A stretch of 64,000 nt of DNA from an uncultured Actinomycetota bacterium (lineage in GTDB: Bacteria > Actinomycetota > Actinomycetes > JAHEKZ01), in the NCBI GenBank assembly GCA_963743915.1, contig CAVURN010000002.1, forward strand, positions 448,001 to 512,000. The letters run 5' to 3'. Of this stretch, positions 43,421 through 55,299 are shown piece by piece. The stretch's first letter is position 1. Every line of letters starts with the position of its first letter. A model generated the notes under the pieces. That model was given only the letters and a program-made list of their open reading frames with translations, was not told the DNA's origin and searched no databases. A program made the translations under genes and the position numbers.

Positions 43421-43954
43421 TCAGAAGATGAGCCCCAGCGCGGTGAGGCCGAAGAAGGCAAGCGCTCCGACGAGCACCATCCCGCCGAACATCACGGCCA
43501 TCCGCACACTCCGGTCGCTCATGCGTTCGGCAAGGGCTGCGGACCTGTCGTTCTGGCGGTGCTCGGCGGCGAGCATCGACAACATGACGTCCACGTCGTC
43601 GAGGCCCGCATCGGTCGACGCCTCAGCCGCGGCAGAGGCATCGATCGCGGCCGACACGGGCTCGGACGAGGCGAAGGCAGGCCTGGGCGCGGGCTCAGCG
43701 ACCAGTGGCGGAGCCAGCGGCGCCAAGAGGTCAGTCGACTGCGACTCGTCGATCATCTCGAGCGTCTGCCCCACCTGCTCGTCCGGCAGTCCCGACGACT
43801 CGCGCTGCTCGAGCTCCTCGAGGGGCGCAGTCAAGGGGTCGAAGTCGGCCTCGACCTGGGCGTAGCACAGCGAGCACCACCCCTGGTCGGGCCGGAGGGT
43901 GGCGCCACACTGGGCGCACGACAACGTGGTGCTCACGCCCACTGTGCTCGGCAA
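43421..43954 (-). CDS. Hypothetical zinc-ribbon, tail-anchored protein
   Basis: CAQCGA...WCSLC at the N-terminus, acidic linker, C-terminal TM helix. Confidence 0.65.
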   Translation of the reverse strand: MPSTVGVSTTLSCAQCGATLRPDQGWCSLCYAQVEADFDPLTAPLEELEQRESSGLPDEQVGQTLEMIDESQSTDLLAPLAPPLVAEPAPRPAFASSEPVSAAIDASAAAEASTDAGLDDVDVMLSMLAAEHRQNDRSAALAERMSDRSVRMAVMFGGMVLVGALAFFGLTALGLIF

Positions 43955-44049
43955 GGTTGGGCCCAGTCTTGACCCCGCAGGGGGTGCGGTGTTGCAGAGT
44001 GCCGGTTCAGCGGGTCAACTGGGGGCTCCGACGAGCCGATGGGGGGTCA

Positions 44050-44753
44050 ATGAGCGCTGTGGTGGAGGCCCGCGGCCTCACGGTCTCCTTCGGTCCGGTG
44101 ACCGCTGTCGAGGGATTCGACCTGTCCGTGCCGGCACGTGCCTCGGTCGCGCTGGTCGGTCGCAACGGTGCCGGCAAGTCCACCACCCTGAAGGTGCTCG
44201 CCGGCGTCCTTCCGCCGACCACGGGGACCGTCACCATCGCGGGGGTCGACGCGGTCCGCCACCCCGACCAGGCGCGCGCCCGGGTCGGCTACTGCCCCGA
44301 TGTCGGTGGGCTGATTCCTCGAGCCACACCCTGGGAGCACCTGCAGCTGGCAGCGACGCTCCGCGGCATGGGTCGTGGGTGGGAGGACCGGGCCACCGAC
44401 CTGTTGGACCGCTTCGATCTGCTCGGCGTCGCCGACCGCGTCACCGCTGGGTTCTCGCACGGCATGGGGCGTCGCATGTCCGTTCTTCTGGCCGCCTTTC
44501 ACGAGCCGGAGGTGCTGCTGCTGGACGAGCCGTTCGACGGCGTCGATCCGCTGGGCGTCGACGCCACCATGGACGTGATCCGACGAGCTGCGTGCCACCG
44601 GTTCGGCGGTTCTCGTCTCGACGCACCTGCTCGAGCTGGCTGTCCAGGCGTGTGAGCAGGCCGTCGTCCTTCGCCGCGGCAAGGTTGTGGCAGCTGCCCC
44701 GGCACAGGATCTCAGCGGTGAAGCCGGTGCCGCCACGTACCGGGCCCTGCTGA
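44050..44753 (+). CDS. ABC transporter ATP-binding protein (frameshift near 44590)
   Basis: GRNGAGKST, FSHGM, LLLDEP; shifted-frame STHLL. Confidence 0.9.
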
Positions 44754-44754
44754 C

Positions 44755-46288
44755 ATGACGTCACTCGCCTCGGTCCCCGGACCGACGCGCCAGCTCGGTG
44801 CACTGGTGGCTCTCCGATGGCGCATGGTCCGTTCGAGACCCTTGAGGATCGCGCTCGCCGCGCTCGGCGTCGTGCCGGTCGCCCTTGTCCTTCTGGGCAT
44901 GACGTCCTTGAGCTACCTGCCGACCGAGCAGGCGGTGAACCTGGCACTCGCCACGCCCACGCTCTACCTCGGCTTCGTCCTGCTCGCGATCATCGCGCCT
45001 CTGGTGTCCGGCGGCGGCTACGAGCTCTACCCGCCGGACCAGCTCGTCGCCTATCCCATGCGGCCGGCAACCGTGTTCCGAAGCACGTTGATCCTGGCGC
45101 CGGCCAACCTCGCCTGGATGCTCAACGTGATCGCACTCTTCGTGGTCACCAGCTTCGCCGCGGGACCGATCAGCTGGGGACCTACTGCGCGTTCCTTGTT
45201 GATCGTCGGTGGCTTCATCGGAGTGGCCACGGTGGCCGGTCACGCGATCGGTTGGCTGGTGGTGGGCTTCCGACAGTCACGAAGGGGGCGCATCGGGACC
45301 AATGTCCTGGCAGGGGTGTGCGCCGCGGGCCTGCTCGCCATCTTCTGGTCCGATCGGGTCCTCTGGGTGCTCGACCACTCGCCGACGCAGCGAGTCCTGG
45401 TCAGCGTCTACGACGGGTACAACGGCAAGTACCTGGCCTGGCTGACAGTGCTAGTCGTGATGACAGCCCTGGCCTACGGGGCACTACGGCTGGGTGAGTT
45501 GGCCACGGCCTGGGCATTGCGACGTCCTGGCGACCACGCGGACCAGACCAGCTCTCGCGCCATTCCCCGCCGTCCGCACCACACCCACCCCCTGCTCACG
45601 CTGCTCGCTGTCGACCACGCCAGCGTGTGGCGTTCCATACCCTTGAGGCGCGGGGTGCTCGTCCTCATGCTGGTCCCGGCGGCCGTTGCCGCTCTCGCTG
45701 GCATGTCGTGGCAGTCGCTGATCCTGGTCCCTGGCCTCATCGCGGCCGGTGCCGGGCTGCTCTTCGGCATCAACGCATTCACCCTGGACTCCGCCGGTGC
45801 CCTGTGGCTCGCCACCTTGCCGCGGTGGGCTTCGTTCGCCTTCGCCTCCAAGGTCATCGTGTTCGCGCGAGGTCGCGGTGGGGGCCGTGATGTCGGCGTT
45901 GATCGGTGGCTCTCTGCGGGCGGACGCCCCGGCCAGCGCGGCCGAGGTCACGGCCGCTCTGACCTCCGCACTGACGTGCGCGGCAATCGTCGTCGTCATC
46001 GGGATGCGAGCCTCTCTGCAGCATCCCTATCGAGCAGAGCTGCGTGGTCCCCGGGACACCCCGGCGACGCCGGGGGTCATGGCGATGCAGTCCATCCGCT
46101 TCGCCGTCGTCACCACCCTGGTGAGCCTGTTCTTCGGCGGCCTGGCCCTCACCGGTGTCTGGTGGGTGCCGCCACTGGCTGCGGTCCCGGTGCTGGCCGT
46201 GTGCGCACTGCACCTGATCAGCACGGCGCGTGCGTGGGACCACCCGCACGTCCGCGCGCACGTCGTGCTGACCGTCGCAGGTGGGTGA
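44755..46288 (+). CDS. ABC-2 type permease-like membrane protein (frameshift near 45865)
   Basis: Multi-TM protein directly following the ATPase. Confidence 0.7.
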
Positions 46289-46484
46289 GACGCCTAGTTC
46301 GATATGTCTAGACCGTGAGAACTAGAGGCGTGAAGGGAAGGGCCTGCGCGAATCCGACGGGGCGGCATGGCACGATGCGCACTGAGCGGCAGTAGCCGCC
46401 GGACAGGCCCCGGGGACGTGATGCGAGTCAACGCTCGACACCGCACAGGATCGTGCACGGTTTCGATTTTGTCCGTCTTGTTCC

Positions 46485-46512
46485 CTCAACCGCGGGCCAC
46501 ACACTCCGATAG
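46485..46512 (+). promoter_or_regulatory. sigma28/WhiG/FliA-like promoter of the cpaB operon
   Basis: CTCA-N16-TCCGATAG just upstream of the RBS and ATG at 46521. Confidence 0.5.
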
Positions 46513-46520
46513 AAGGACCT

Positions 46521-47259
46521 ATGGGACGTAGAACACTTCTGCTCATCGCCGCTCTGGTGGTCGCCGCGCTCGGCACGGTGCTCATCTTCGTGTACGTGAC
46601 AGAACGTGGAGGACGACGCGTACGGCGACGCCACGCTCGTGCAGGTGCTCGTCGCCACGTCGGACGTGGCCGCGGGGACCACCGCGTCCGAGGCCTCCGC
46701 CAACGGTGCCTTCGAGCTCGTAGGAGCTGCCCCAGTCGGCGACTGCGACCGGTGCGCTCGCGAACATCGACATCATCGCCGACCAGGTTGCGCTGACACC
46801 TGTCTTCGAGGGTCAGCAGATCCTGGCGCAGATGTTCGGCGCGCCAGGTACCACGTCGACGCTGTCTGTCCCCGACGGCCTGCTCGCCATCTCGGTGCAG
46901 CTCGGTGACCCTGAGCGCGTCGCGGGCTTCGTCGCACCGGGGTCCGACGTCACCATCTTCGCCACCGTCTCAGGTGGAACCGACGGAGCATCTGAGTTCA
47001 CGCAGGTGCTGCTGCCCGAGGTACAGGTGATCGGTGTCGGCACGACCACGCGTGACGACGCAGACCACGACGTCGAGAGGGCGGCGAGCAGACCACCGAG
47101 GAGGTTCCTCGCACGGTCCTGACGCTCGCCGTCGACCAGCAGGAGGCACAGCGCATCATCAGCGCGCAGACTGTCGGCGAACTGTACTTCGGACTTCGTG
47201 GTGCGGACGCCAAGGTGAACGCCGGTCGCCCGACCAACCCACAGAACCTGTTCCGCTGA
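46521..47259 (+). CDS. cpaB: Flp pilus assembly protein CpaB/RcpC (frameshifted)
   Basis: MGRRTLLLIAA TM, VLVATSDVAAG (SAF domain), VAGFVAPGSDVTIF, LTLAVDQ. Confidence 0.85.
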
Positions 47260-48470
47260 TGACCGCAATCCTGGACTACGACCAGAACGGGGCGGAGACC
47301 CTCCGCTCGGCGCTCGGCGCCGACGTGGTGGCTCTCCCGACACTGGACGCGCTCCGTCGCCACCTCGACACACATCTTGGCGAGGACACAGTGGTGGTCG
47401 GGTCGTCGGTCGACCTCGAGAGCGCTCTCGATCTGGCCAACCGGATGCGGGTCACCAGGCCCAGCCTCGGGGTCGTCGTCGTCCGCCGTCGCGTCGACAC
47501 CTCGGTCCTGGCCGACGCCCTGCGGGCGGGTGTCCGCGAGGTGTGCGAGGAGCGCGACCTGGCCGGCATCAATGCGGCGGTCCGTCGGGTCAAGGAGCTT
47601 GCACACTCCCTGCGCGAGACGGTCCCGGGTGCGGCATCACCAGCGGACGACGAGGATCGTGGCACGCTCGTCACGGTCTTCTCCGCCAAGGGCGGGTGCG
47701 GCAAGACCACGCTGTCGACGAATCTTGCCGTCGCGCTGACCGAGCACGGACGCAACAGCGTCTGCTTGGTCGACCTCGATCTGTCCTTCGGGGACGTCGC
47801 GATTGCGCTGCAGCTCTTCCCCGCGCACACCATCGCCGATGCGGTGAACCTCGGCGACCAGCTCGATGTCGCCGCGGTCGAGTCGCTGCTCACTCCGCAC
47901 GCGAACATTCCCAACCTGTCCACGCTCGTGGCGCCGCTCGACCCGGGTTCGAACCGTGGGATCACCGCCGACATCGTTGGCCAGATTCTGACGATCCTGA
48001 AGGAGAAGTTCGACTACGTCGTGGTCGACACTCCCCCTGCGTTCGACGAACAGGTGCTCGAGGCACTCGACCAGAGCGACCTCATCGCGCTGATCGCCAC
48101 GCTCGACATCCCCGCGCTCAAGAACCTCAAGCTGACGCTCGAGACGCTGGAGGAGATCAACTTCCCGCGAGAGAAGTGGGCAGTGATCCTCAACCGCTCC
48201 GACTCCAAGGTCGGGTTGGCCCTCAACGAGGTGGAGAAGACGCTGCGCGTCCCGATCTCGGTCCAGATCCCCAGCTCGCGCGACGTTCCGGCAGCTATCA
48301 ACCGCGGTGTGCCGATCATTTACGACGACCCCAAGCACGCGGTCAGCATCGCCATCCGCCAGTTCGCCGAGAAGTACGTGCTCGTACCGCACACCGCCGA
48401 GTCCTCGATCCCGCCCGAGCTCCGCAACGACCGCCGCGGGCTCCTTCGCAGGAAGGCGAAGACCTCATGA
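47259..48470 (+). CDS. cpaE: CpaE/TadZ pilus ATPase (REC-like plus MinD-like domains)
   Basis: FSAKGGCGKTT, VDLDLSFGD, VVDTP, AINRGVP. Confidence 0.9.
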   Translation: MTAILDYDQNGAETLRSALGADVVALPTLDALRRHLDTHLGEDTVVVGSSVDLESALDLANRMRVTRPSLGVVVVRRRVDTSVLADALRAGVREVCEERDLAGINAAVRRVKELAHSLRETVPGAASPADDEDRGTLVTVFSAKGGCGKTTLSTNLAVALTEHGRNSVCLVDLDLSFGDVAIALQLFPAHTIADAVNLGDQLDVAAVESLLTPHANIPNLSTLVAPLDPGSNRGITADIVGQILTILKEKFDYVVVDTPPAFDEQVLEALDQSDLIALIATLDIPALKNLKLTLETLEEINFPREKWAVILNRSDSKVGLALNEVEKTLRVPISVQIPSSRDVPAAINRGVPIIYDDPKHAVSIAIRQFAEKYVLVPHTAESSIPPELRNDRRGLLRRKAKTS

Positions 48471-49861
48471 GCCTGGCCGACCGTCTCGCTGAAGCCCGCC
48501 GACAGAAGGCGCCCACCGCGACCACTGCCGACGAGGCCGACACGCTCACCGGCAAGCCCACGTCGAAGCGCAAGTCGAACGACCCCTTCGCTGATCTGAA
48601 GCGCCAGGTGCACCAGGCTCTGCTCGACAGCCTCGGTCCGAAGCTCTACGACTCGCGCCAGACTCAGAGCGAGCTCGAGCAGAAGGTGCGGCAGTCGCTG
48701 CAGGAGGTACTCAGCGCAGAAGACACCCCCCTCACGACGGCGGACCGGGCGCGCATCGCGCAGGAGATCGCCGACGACATCCTGGGGTACGGACCGCTCG
48801 AGCCGTACCTGCGGGACCCGGACATCACCGAGGTCATGGTCAACGGCCACACCGACGTCTGGATCGAGCGCGCCGGACGCCTGTACAAGACCGAGGGTGA
48901 GTTCGCCGACGAGAACCACCTGCGTCGGACGATCGACAAGATCGTCGCGCGGGTGGGACGCCGTGTGGATGAGTCGAGCCCGATGGTCGACGCCCGGCTC
49001 CCTGACGGCAGCCGCGTCAACGCCGTCGTGCCGCCGTTGGCACTCGACGGCTCCCTGCTGACCGTGCGCAAGTTCGCCGCCGACCCGTACAGCATCGAAG
49101 ACCTCATCGGCTTCGGGACGCTGAGTCGCACGGTGGCCGAGTTCCTCGACGCCTGTGTGCGAGGAAAGCTGAACATCCTCGTCTCCGGCGGCACCGGTGC
49201 CGGCAAGACCACGACGCTCAACGTGCTCTCGACCTTCATTCCCGAGGATGAGCGGATCGTCACGATCGAGGACGCAGCGGAGCTCCAGCTGCACCAGGAC
49301 CACGTCCTACGGCTTGAGGCTCGTCCGCCCAACATCGAGGGTCGCGGCGAGGTCAAGGTCCGAGACCTGGTTCGCAACGCCCTGCGCATGCGCCCCGACC
49401 GCATCGTCGTCGGTGAGGTCCGCGACGCCGCCGCGCTCGACATGCTGCAGGCGATGAACACCGGTCACGACGGGTCGATCTGCACCGTCCACGCGAACTC
49501 GCCACGAGATGTCCTCGCACGTGTCGAGACCATGGTGCTCATGGCCGGCGTCGACCTTCCGGTGCGAGCCATCCGCGAGCAGGTGTCGAGCGCCATCGAC
49601 CTGGTCGTGCAGCAGACCCGGTTCAAGGACGGCACGCGCCACATCACGCACGTCACCGAGGTCGTGGGCATGGAGGGGGACGTCATCACTCTCCAGGACC
49701 TCTTCCTCTTCGACCACGGAGCCGGGTTCGACGAGAACGGGCGGTCCCTGGGGTCGCTGAAGTCGACCGGGCTGCGCCCCAAGTTCCTCGACAAGCTCGC
49801 CGCCAGCGGCGTGCACGTCGACCCGACGATGTTTGCCTTCGAGAAGTTCGCGGGACGTTGA
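48467..49861 (+). CDS. cpaF: Flp pilus assembly ATPase CpaF/TadA
   Basis: GGTGAGKTT, TIEDAAEL, LRMRPDRIVVGEVR, AMNTGHDGS. Confidence 0.96.
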   Translation: MSLADRLAEARRQKAPTATTADEADTLTGKPTSKRKSNDPFADLKRQVHQALLDSLGPKLYDSRQTQSELEQKVRQSLQEVLSAEDTPLTTADRARIAQEIADDILGYGPLEPYLRDPDITEVMVNGHTDVWIERAGRLYKTEGEFADENHLRRTIDKIVARVGRRVDESSPMVDARLPDGSRVNAVVPPLALDGSLLTVRKFAADPYSIEDLIGFGTLSRTVAEFLDACVRGKLNILVSGGTGAGKTTTLNVLSTFIPEDERIVTIEDAAELQLHQDHVLRLEARPPNIEGRGEVKVRDLVRNALRMRPDRIVVGEVRDAAALDMLQAMNTGHDGSICTVHANSPRDVLARVETMVLMAGVDLPVRAIREQVSSAIDLVVQQTRFKDGTRHITHVTEVVGMEGDVITLQDLFLFDHGAGFDENGRSLGSLKSTGLRPKFLDKLAASGVHVDPTMFAFEKFAGR

Positions 49862-49863
49862 CC

Positions 49864-51813
49864 GTGAGGCGCCTCGCGACCGGTCTCGCCGGCGCCCTAG
49901 CGGTGCTGGCCCTGACCCCTGCCCTCGCACTCGCGGACACCTCCGCGACGATCGAGGAGGTTCAAGGCTCACCCGGCGAGCTTGCGATCGTTGTCTCCCT
50001 CAACGGAGTTCCTGTCGGGACAGGCGTCGACGAACGGGATGTCACCGCATCCGTCGAGGGCATCCCGCTCGATGTCCGCGTCGAGGCGATCTCCGAGAGC
50101 AGCGACATCGAGCAGACCGCCATGCTCGTCATGGACACCAGCGACTCGATGGCCGGTGAGAAGCTGACGGCCGCCCAGGCTGCCGCGTCGGACTTCGTGG
50201 CAGCGATCCCGGACGACGTCGCCGTCGGGCTGATCACGTTCGACAGCGAGGCCCGCGTCGTCGTCGAGCCCACCACTGAGCATGCGCAGGTGGACGCGGC
50301 GATCGACCAGCTGACAACTGCCCCCAAGACCCTGCTGTACGACGGCGTCACGCTCGCCGCGGAGCAGCTCGCCACCTACGACGTGGCGAGTGCCCTGGTC
50401 CTCTCCGACGGGGCCGACCGAGGCAGCACGGCGACCCTTGACGACGCGGTAGCGGCCGTCGAGGACAGTCGCGCGCGGTTCGACGTGGTCTCCTTCGGTC
50501 AGAGCACCGAGCCAGGTCGATGCCCTCGCGGCCATCGCCGATGCCAGCAACGGCACCGTGGCGAAGGCCGAGGATGCGGTCGCCCTGGCCGAGGCCTTCG
50601 ATGCCGCTGCGGCCAGCATCAGCAACCGCTACGTGCTCACCTCGGATGTGCCCGAGGACTTCACCGCGACCTCGGGGACGATCTCCGTGTCCATCCCGGT
50701 GGGCGACGAGATCGTGACCGACTCGACCTTCGTCACCCTCGCCGACCTCCAGCAGCAGGCGGTCGACCGCGCCCAGGATCTTCCTCCAGCACCAGAACCG
50801 GGGCCACTTGCCGTCGTCGCGGACAACCTGATCTGGGTGGCGATCGGCGGCGTCTTCCTCGCCATGGTCATCGTCCTCTACGTGTCCATCTCCGCGGCAA
50901 CAGACCGAGAGACCAGCGGCACTCGCGGGCGTCCGGCGACGGCTGTCGATCTACACCCTCAGCGGGGGCCAGCCGGTCAAGGAGCAGGAGACCACCGTCC
51001 TGGGCGACACCCAGGTGGCGCGCAGCGCGGTTGAGTTCGCTGACCGGGTGGTCACCAAACGCGACTTCGAGTCGGCGATCGGCGACAAGCTGGATGCCGC
51101 TGCGGTGCCGCTGCGCCCGGCGGAGTGGATGCTCATTCACGTGGGTCTGACGATCGGATCCGGTCTCCTCATGCTGCTGCTCTTCAGCGGGCGGCTGCTC
51201 CCGACAGCCCTCGGCATGCTCGCGGGCTTCCTTGCCCCCTGGATCGTACCTGTCGGTCAAGGAGTCAAAGCGCCAGAAGGCGTTCATGGCCGCGCTGCCC
51301 GACACCCTGCAGCTGTTGGCCGGCAGCCTCGCGGCCGGGTACTCGATGCCGCAGGCGGTGGACACGGTCGTCCGCGAGGCCAACCCGCCGATCTCGACCG
51401 AGTTCAACCGTGCGATGGTCGAGACCCGGCTCGGTGTCGATCTCGAGGATGCCCTGCAAGGCATCGCCGACCGCATGGGCAGCGTCGACTTCGCGTGGGT
51501 GGTCATGGCCATCCGCATCCAGCGTGAGGTCGGCGGCAACCTGGCCGAGGTGCTGACGACCGTCGCGGCCACACTGCGGGAGCGCGAGCGTCTGCGTCGC
51601 CAGGTGCAGGTGCTGTCCGCCGAGGGACGGCTGTCGGCCTGGATCCTGGGGGGGCTCCCGATCGTCTTCGCCCTCTACCTGCTCCTGGCCCGGCCGGACT
51701 ACCTTCTCCCAATGGTCCAGAATGTCCTAGGTTGGATCATGTTGGGCATGGGCCTCATCCTCCTGATCGTGGGTGCGCTCTGGCTCCGCAAGGTCGTCAA
51801 GGTGGAGGTGTGA
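49864..51813 (+). CDS. tadB: VWA-TadB fusion (type II secretion F family), with frameshifts
   Basis: Signal peptide, MIDAS DTSDS, LSDG, then LPDTLQLLAGSL...QREVGGNLAEVL...LSAEGRLSA. Confidence 0.88.
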
Positions 51814-51814
51814 C

Positions 51815-52755
51815 ATGCCCGCCGAGCTGATGCTGGCCCTCGGCCTGCTGGCGATCTTCGTCGCCATCGCCGTGCTGCTCTCCACCGTCGGCGCCATCAC
51901 CACCGAGCGTCAGGCCGTCAACCGTTCGCTGGCTGCGGTCCAGGCGATCCAGACCTCGCCCGACGTCCATGCAGGCCGAGCTCGACCAGCCCTTCAACGA
52001 CGCGCGTCACCGACCCCGCGCTGCAGAACCTCACCAGCTTCGGGCGCCGGTTCACACCCGCCGACCAGGCCGAGCGCATCAGGCACAAGCTCGATCTCGC
52101 GGGCAACCCCCCCAAGTGGGACGTCGACCGGATCATCGCCTTCAAGGTGCTCGGGCTGTTCGCGGGGCTCGTCCTCGGTCTGCTGCTCGGGGCGGTGCTC
52201 GGGGGGCCGCTTCCGGCGATCGGGCTGGCGGTGGGTGGCACGCTGCTGGGCTACTACGCCCCGAACATGGTGCTCCACCAGACGGCGTACAACCGCAGCG
52301 ACCAGATCCGCAAGGACCTCCCCGACGCCCTCGACCTGCTGACCATCAGCGTCGAGGCGGGCCTCGCCTTCGACGCGGCGGTCTCCCAGGTGGCACGCAA
52401 CACCGAAGGCCCTCTGGCCGACGAGTTCTTCCGCGTCCTGCAGGAGATGCAGATCGGCCTCGGACGCTCGGAGGCCATACGTGCCCTCGGCGACCGCACC
52501 GACGTCGAGGAGCTGCGGAGCTTCGTGACTGCCATGGTGCAGGCGGACGCCTTCGGCATCCCGATCGCCAACGTGCTGCGGGTGCAGGCCAAGGAGATGC
52601 GCGTCAAGCGCTCCCAGCGAGCCGAGGAGATGGCCCAGAAGGTGCCGGTCAAGATCCTCTTCCCGCTGATCTTCTGCATCCTTCCGGTGCTGTTCATCGT
52701 CGTCCTCGGGCCGGCCGCCATCACGATCTACGACGCCTTCATCGCCGGGCAGTAG
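51815..52755 (+). CDS. tadC: TadC (type II secretion F family), frameshifted
   Basis: LPDALDLLTISVEAGLAFD, QADAFG, AEEMAQKVPVKILFPL. Confidence 0.92.
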
Positions 52756-52758
52756 CCG

Positions 52759-54170
52759 ATGGCGCGGCTGGCGCTCGTCTCGCGCAACCCGGTCATGTCC
52801 ATGGCATTGACCGCCACCGACGCACGACATCGTCGAGGTGCGTTCCTTCGATCTCGAGGAGTGGATCGAGTCCGGGGCCGATGCCGATGTCGACGCCCTG
52901 ATGCTCGATCTCGGCAGCCCCGAGCACCGCTCTTCGGCTGGTGGGCGACCTTCGGGCGCGGGGCCGCTGGGTTCCCGTCGTCCTGGTCACTGGGGCCGAC
53001 CCCGGCTGGTCCGATGAGGCCTTCGCTGTGATGCCGGGCGTAGACCTGCTCTCGCTCCCCTTGAGCTCGGAGAAGCTTCAGGCGGCCGCGGACGCCGTCC
53101 TGCGCCATCCCCGGACACCGCCTGCACCCCGAGCACCGGAGAGCGCCCCCGCCGAAGCACTCCCCGAGCCTGAGATCGTCCCCCCGACCGCGTTCGAGTC
53201 GGTGCGGGACGCGTCGCCCTTGCTCGAGGACGTCCCCGACCTCCCGGTCATCCCGGACCCGGACTTCCTCATCTCCGAGCCCGAGCCCGAGCCGGTCCCC
53301 GAGCCTGAGCCGAGCCGGTCCCCGAGCCTGAGCCGGAGCCGGTCCCCGAGCCTGAACCGGCACCGGTCCCCGAGCCCGAGCCGGTCCCCGAGCCCGAGCC
53401 GGTCCCCGAGCCCAAACCTGCGGCCGTGCCCGCCGGTACCCGCGCACACGCCCCGCGGCGACGCCGAAAGGTCGACACCACCGAAGCGACGTCGGCGGAC
53501 GATCTGGCGGCGGCACCGGTGGAGGTCCTCAAGGAGCCGCCGACGCTCCGCCTCGACCCCCGCTCACCTGCTGCGCCGGCCCGAAGTGCCCCCATCCCCC
53601 CGACGGCGCCACCGAAGTCACCGCCACCCAGGCGCCCGGAGGTCACAGCCCCTGGCGACGTCGTCCGACAGCTGCTCGACTGACGTCGACGGGTACTTCA
53701 CCCTCGAGGAGACTGCGACCGTCATCGTCGAGGACGCGGTGCTCCGGACCCATGCCGAGGCCGGTGCCTTGCTGGTCCCGGACGAGTCGCTGTGGCGCGT
53801 GGCCGGAGGCGTCGGGCTGCGACCGCTGGAGTTCCGACTGCAGCTGACCGAGGAGTCCTGGCTCATCGCCAACATCGCCAACGCCGGCAAAGGCGTCATC
53901 ATCGAGGACAGCGACGTGGCGCGTCACGACCTTCGAGGAGCCCCGCTGGCCAGCCGGACCCATCTGATGGCCGTGCCCGTCGCCGACGTCCGCGGGGTCC
54001 TTCTGCTGTCACGGGACCGGGCAGAGCCGTTCACCGAGGCATCCCTTGGGGCGTTGGCCGGTCTCGCCGAGGAGGCGGCTCCGCTGCTCCGACAAGCCGT
54101 GGACATCCGCACCCTCGCGAGGGCCCTTGCCCGCCATCTCGACCTCGAGGAGTACCTGCGGGCCGACTGA
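52759..54170 (+). CDS. Atypical receiver domain, Pro/Glu linker and GAF domain protein (frameshifts)
   Basis: N-terminal DALMLDLG...VPVVLVT...LSLPLS (REC-like), PEPEPV repeats, C-terminal LMAVPV...VLLLSR...PFT (GAF-like). Confidence 0.6.
53277..53413 (+). repeat. Coding tandem repeat of 18-24 bp units (PVPEPE)
   Basis: About 6 copies of CCGGTCCCCGAGCCY with GAG-CCN spacers. Confidence 0.9.
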
Positions 54171-54177
54171 GCTGGCG

Positions 54178-55173
54178 CTACTCGACGAAGACCCGCTCGT
54201 CGACCAGCTGCTCACCCACCGGGGCGCCCTCGGTCTCGAAGCGACCTTGCTCGAAGCGCTTGCGGAACTCCAGATCCACGCGGTCGATGCCGGTGCGGTT
54301 CTTCTCGATGGTGATCACGGCATAGTCACGGAAGCGCTCGGCATTGCCCACGTCGAACACCAGGTGGTGCCGCGCCACGACGTCGTACTTGTCGTTGATG
54401 ACCAGCACCACGTCCGCCTCGTAGGCGAGAGCTGCGGCTCCGCGCAGGTGGTGCACCCGCATGCGCCGACCGCTCGCGATGCCCTCCTTGTCGGACGCCA
54501 CGACCGCGAACATCGCCACCTCGCGCTCGAGGGCGAGGTCCTTCAGCCCCTGGGCCACCGTCGTGATGCGGTCCTCCTCAGAGAGGTGGTGCTCGAGCAC
54601 CGGCACCTTCTGCAGGTAGTCGACGACGACGACCGGCGCGGTCCCGGTCTCGGTGATCACCTGGTCGACCAGGCTGCGAATCGCCCGGAGATCGGTGACA
54701 CCGCCGCTGGCCCGGTGGATGTGCAGCCGGTTCGCGTACCGCGAGACGGCATCGACGGCCTCGGCCCCACCGGGGGTGTTCGTCAGACGGTCCACGAGCC
54801 CGCCCGAGTGCCCGTCGAGGCTCTCCATGGCCTCGCGGATGCGCCTCAGCGGCACGGCGTCGATGCCGTAGCGCGAGGCAGCCTCGATGGAGATGAACCG
54901 CTCGAGGACGGTCGCCGGGTCGTGCTCGAAGGAGAAGTAGATGCCGGTGCCGCCGCTGACCACGACGTTCCGCAGGATCTGCAGCGCCATGGTGGTCTTG
55001 CCGAGGCCCTGGGGGCCACCGAGCAGGGTGAGCTCGCCGGCGCGCAGTCCCCCGCTCAGGTAGGTGTCAAGCGGGTGGAACCCGGTTGGCGTCACTCTCG
55101 CGGCGGCGGACAGTCCAGCCTCGAGGCGGCGGTCGGTCGCCGCGAGGACATCGTCCGAGGGAATAGAGCTCAT
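54178..55173 (-). CDS. Stand-alone DnaB-like helicase C-terminal (RecA-fold) ATPase
   Basis: TGFHPLD, GGPQGLGKTT, FSFE, VVVDYLQ, LKDLALE, LRGAAALAYEADVVL, IEKNRTG; no DnaB N-terminal domain. Confidence 0.8.
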   Translation of the reverse strand: MSSIPSDDVLAATDRRLEAGLSAAARVTPTGFHPLDTYLSGGLRAGELTLLGGPQGLGKTTMALQILRNVVVSGGTGIYFSFEHDPATVLERFISIEAASRYGIDAVPLRRIREAMESLDGHSGGLVDRLTNTPGGAEAVDAVSRYANRLHIHRASGGVTDLRAIRSLVDQVITETGTAPVVVVDYLQKVPVLEHHLSEEDRITTVAQGLKDLALEREVAMFAVVASDKEGIASGRRMRVHHLRGAAALAYEADVVLVINDKYDVVARHHLVFDVGNAERFRDYAVITIEKNRTGIDRVDLEFRKRFEQGRFETEGAPVGEQLVDERVFVE

Positions 55174-55299
55174 CAGACATGCTCAGCATTGGAGCACAGC
55201 GGAGGGCCCCTTGGTGGTTTCTTGACGAGATCTCCACCAGTTCGGACGAACCGGGCGATGCGGTCACCCCTCCCGGCCCGGGTGCGCCATCCTTGACCC

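Noticed and set aside
46418-46431. CRP-like site GTGA-N6-TCAA upstream of cpaB
   Set aside because: Imperfect short match that could arise by chance; no independent support.
53277-53413. Tandem repeat as a CRISPR array
   Set aside because: There are no unique spacers and no cas genes; the units encode an in-frame Pro/Glu linker.
54178-55173. Replicative dnaB or a prophage helicase
   Set aside because: It lacks the N-terminal domain, and there are no phage or replication genes nearby.
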